Shown one piece after another: positions 55,007-64,000 of a stretch of DNA of 64,000 bases (positions are counted from its first letter, which is position 1; every line of letters starts with the position of its first letter). The position numbers were made by a program, and so were the translations under genes. The notes beneath the pieces are model-generated. The model did no database searches. It was not told the origin of the DNA and saw only the letters and a program-made list of their open reading frames with translations. Source of the DNA: Paraspadella gotoi. Its lineage: Eukaryota > Animalia > Chaetognatha. The DNA lies in assembly GCA_051294375.1 (NCBI GenBank), contig CM119266.1:16176087-16240086 (forward strand). Direction: 5' to 3'.

Positions 55007-55989
55007 TTTTTGTTCCTTCGAGTTAATCAATTATTCACCAAGTGATTCGCGGCGACTGACTAACCGAAGAAAAAATCCCCACAGACCGGAAATGGTCATT
55101 TTTTGTTGGTCAACATGACGACGACCCAGACGACGACGACGACGACGACGATGAACAATGCGAAGGGGGCGCCGTCATCGAAGATTATTATTGGCGTCGA
55201 CATTAGCGATGACTTTGATTTAATTTTAGGCAATCTACGTCTTTAAAACCTACTCCGAGTAAAATTTCTATATTCTTTATAATAAGTTTAAACTAAACAA
55301 ACTAAGCACAACTGCGAGTCGCCTCCTTTCGTCCTCATCTCTGTTTGATTACGCATTCCGAGGCGAAGTCGCAATTCGTTGTCTCTCTTCTTGTCCTTTT
55401 GCTCTCCCCACCCCCTCCCCCTCAACTGCCGCCACCCTCCCCCCCAGAGCCAAACCCCCGGCCCCTGCGTCCGGTTTAACGATCAAAAGCTCAGATTAAG
55501 AATCGATCTTTTATATTGTTTAGTTTATTCTTCATTTACAATCGAATTTCGATGAATTTGAACTTACTAATCCAGCGTCGCCTCCATCTACTCCACCCTC
55601 CTTCAACGACGCCCCTTGGTCGTCGCCCACGAGTCGGGTTCGTCGACATCGTCGTCGTCGTCGTCGCCCTCGTCGCGACTCAGTTTTTTTTTCTTTCTCC
55701 TTTCGGCGACACCTTATCCTTTATTCAGGACGAAGAGAAGGAAAAGGAGAAAGAAAAGAAAAAAAGAGGAGAAGGAAAAAAGAAAAAAAGAAAGAGAAGG
55801 CCTTTTAAAAAAGTGAAAATGATGTTCCTGGGACGACAGTGATAAATTGCGACGTTGAAATAATCATGCGAAGGGAGAGAGAGAGAGAGAGAGATTTTCG
55901 TTTCTGCATTTTCTTAGAATTCGATGTCAACTCTTTCAACCTCCTTTCCTCCTTTACTCTTTTTTTTTTCAAACTCGAATCCAATATAG

Positions 55990-63495
<7,506 letters not shown>

Positions 63496-64000
63496 GCTTA
63501 ATTTGTTCGCAATTTGCAACGCGCAAAAAAGGAGAGCGCTGACGACGTTGAGATTAGTTAAACTAAAAACGCCTTCTTCTTAGGAATATAGATTAATTTA
63601 GAAATGTTAACGTATTCATAATTAAAAAAACCGTTTTTCGGAAACAAGCGAACGCTTTTACTCTCATTATGTTTATCTCGGCCGCAATTAATCTATTTTT
63701 ATTCCGCAAGAGGCGCAGAAATCGCGGCTTTTCGTGACAAATGATCATCGCCGCGAGAGCCCGGTCAAAGACGTGGACGACGACGTCGACGATGACGCCA
63801 ACCCCGATGACAATGACGCCGTCAACGCCGGCTCCTTCACCTCGGCGAAATCATCAATTCCGGCGTCGATTGACGCGGCGTCGAATGATGAATGGTTAGA
63901 GTTTCCATCGCAAAGGAATGAAAAAAATCTTTTTCTGGGTTTCAGAACTGAAACGAAGTCTTTACTTTAGGAAAATTGATACTTTGACGATGAATTCAAA

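Overview
Eukaryotic, probably invertebrate animal, draft assembly. It is rich in microsatellites ((AG)n, (AAAG)n, (TCG)n), shows no obvious CpG depletion, and has many N gaps and noisy long-read-like patches. Main content: (1) A Bel/Pao LTR retrotransposon with a frameshifted PR-RT-RNaseH-IN pol (~3500-7229). Pol is followed by an unusually long ~8 kb 3' internal region, a PPT and a 3' LTR (15292-15944). The matching 5' LTR, with the same GTTAT target-site duplication, sits after a gap at 16143-16818, so the scaffold pieces appear misordered. The 8 kb region is the most interesting part. It carries an Arg-rich non-env extra ORF behind splice acceptors, an array of five bulged hairpins with compensatory changes, a second pair of covarying hairpins and further exon-like islands. 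(2) An 8-exon SLC16/MCT-type MFS transporter gene on the minus strand (50287-52384), with two partial noisy plus-strand copies. (3) A ~650 bp foldback MITE with TAAGG...CCTTA ends and an 8-9 bp TSD, seen both as filled and empty sites. (4) Several multi-kb direct and inverted duplications that look like gap-filling artefacts. Most of the supplied ORF track is microsatellite noise.
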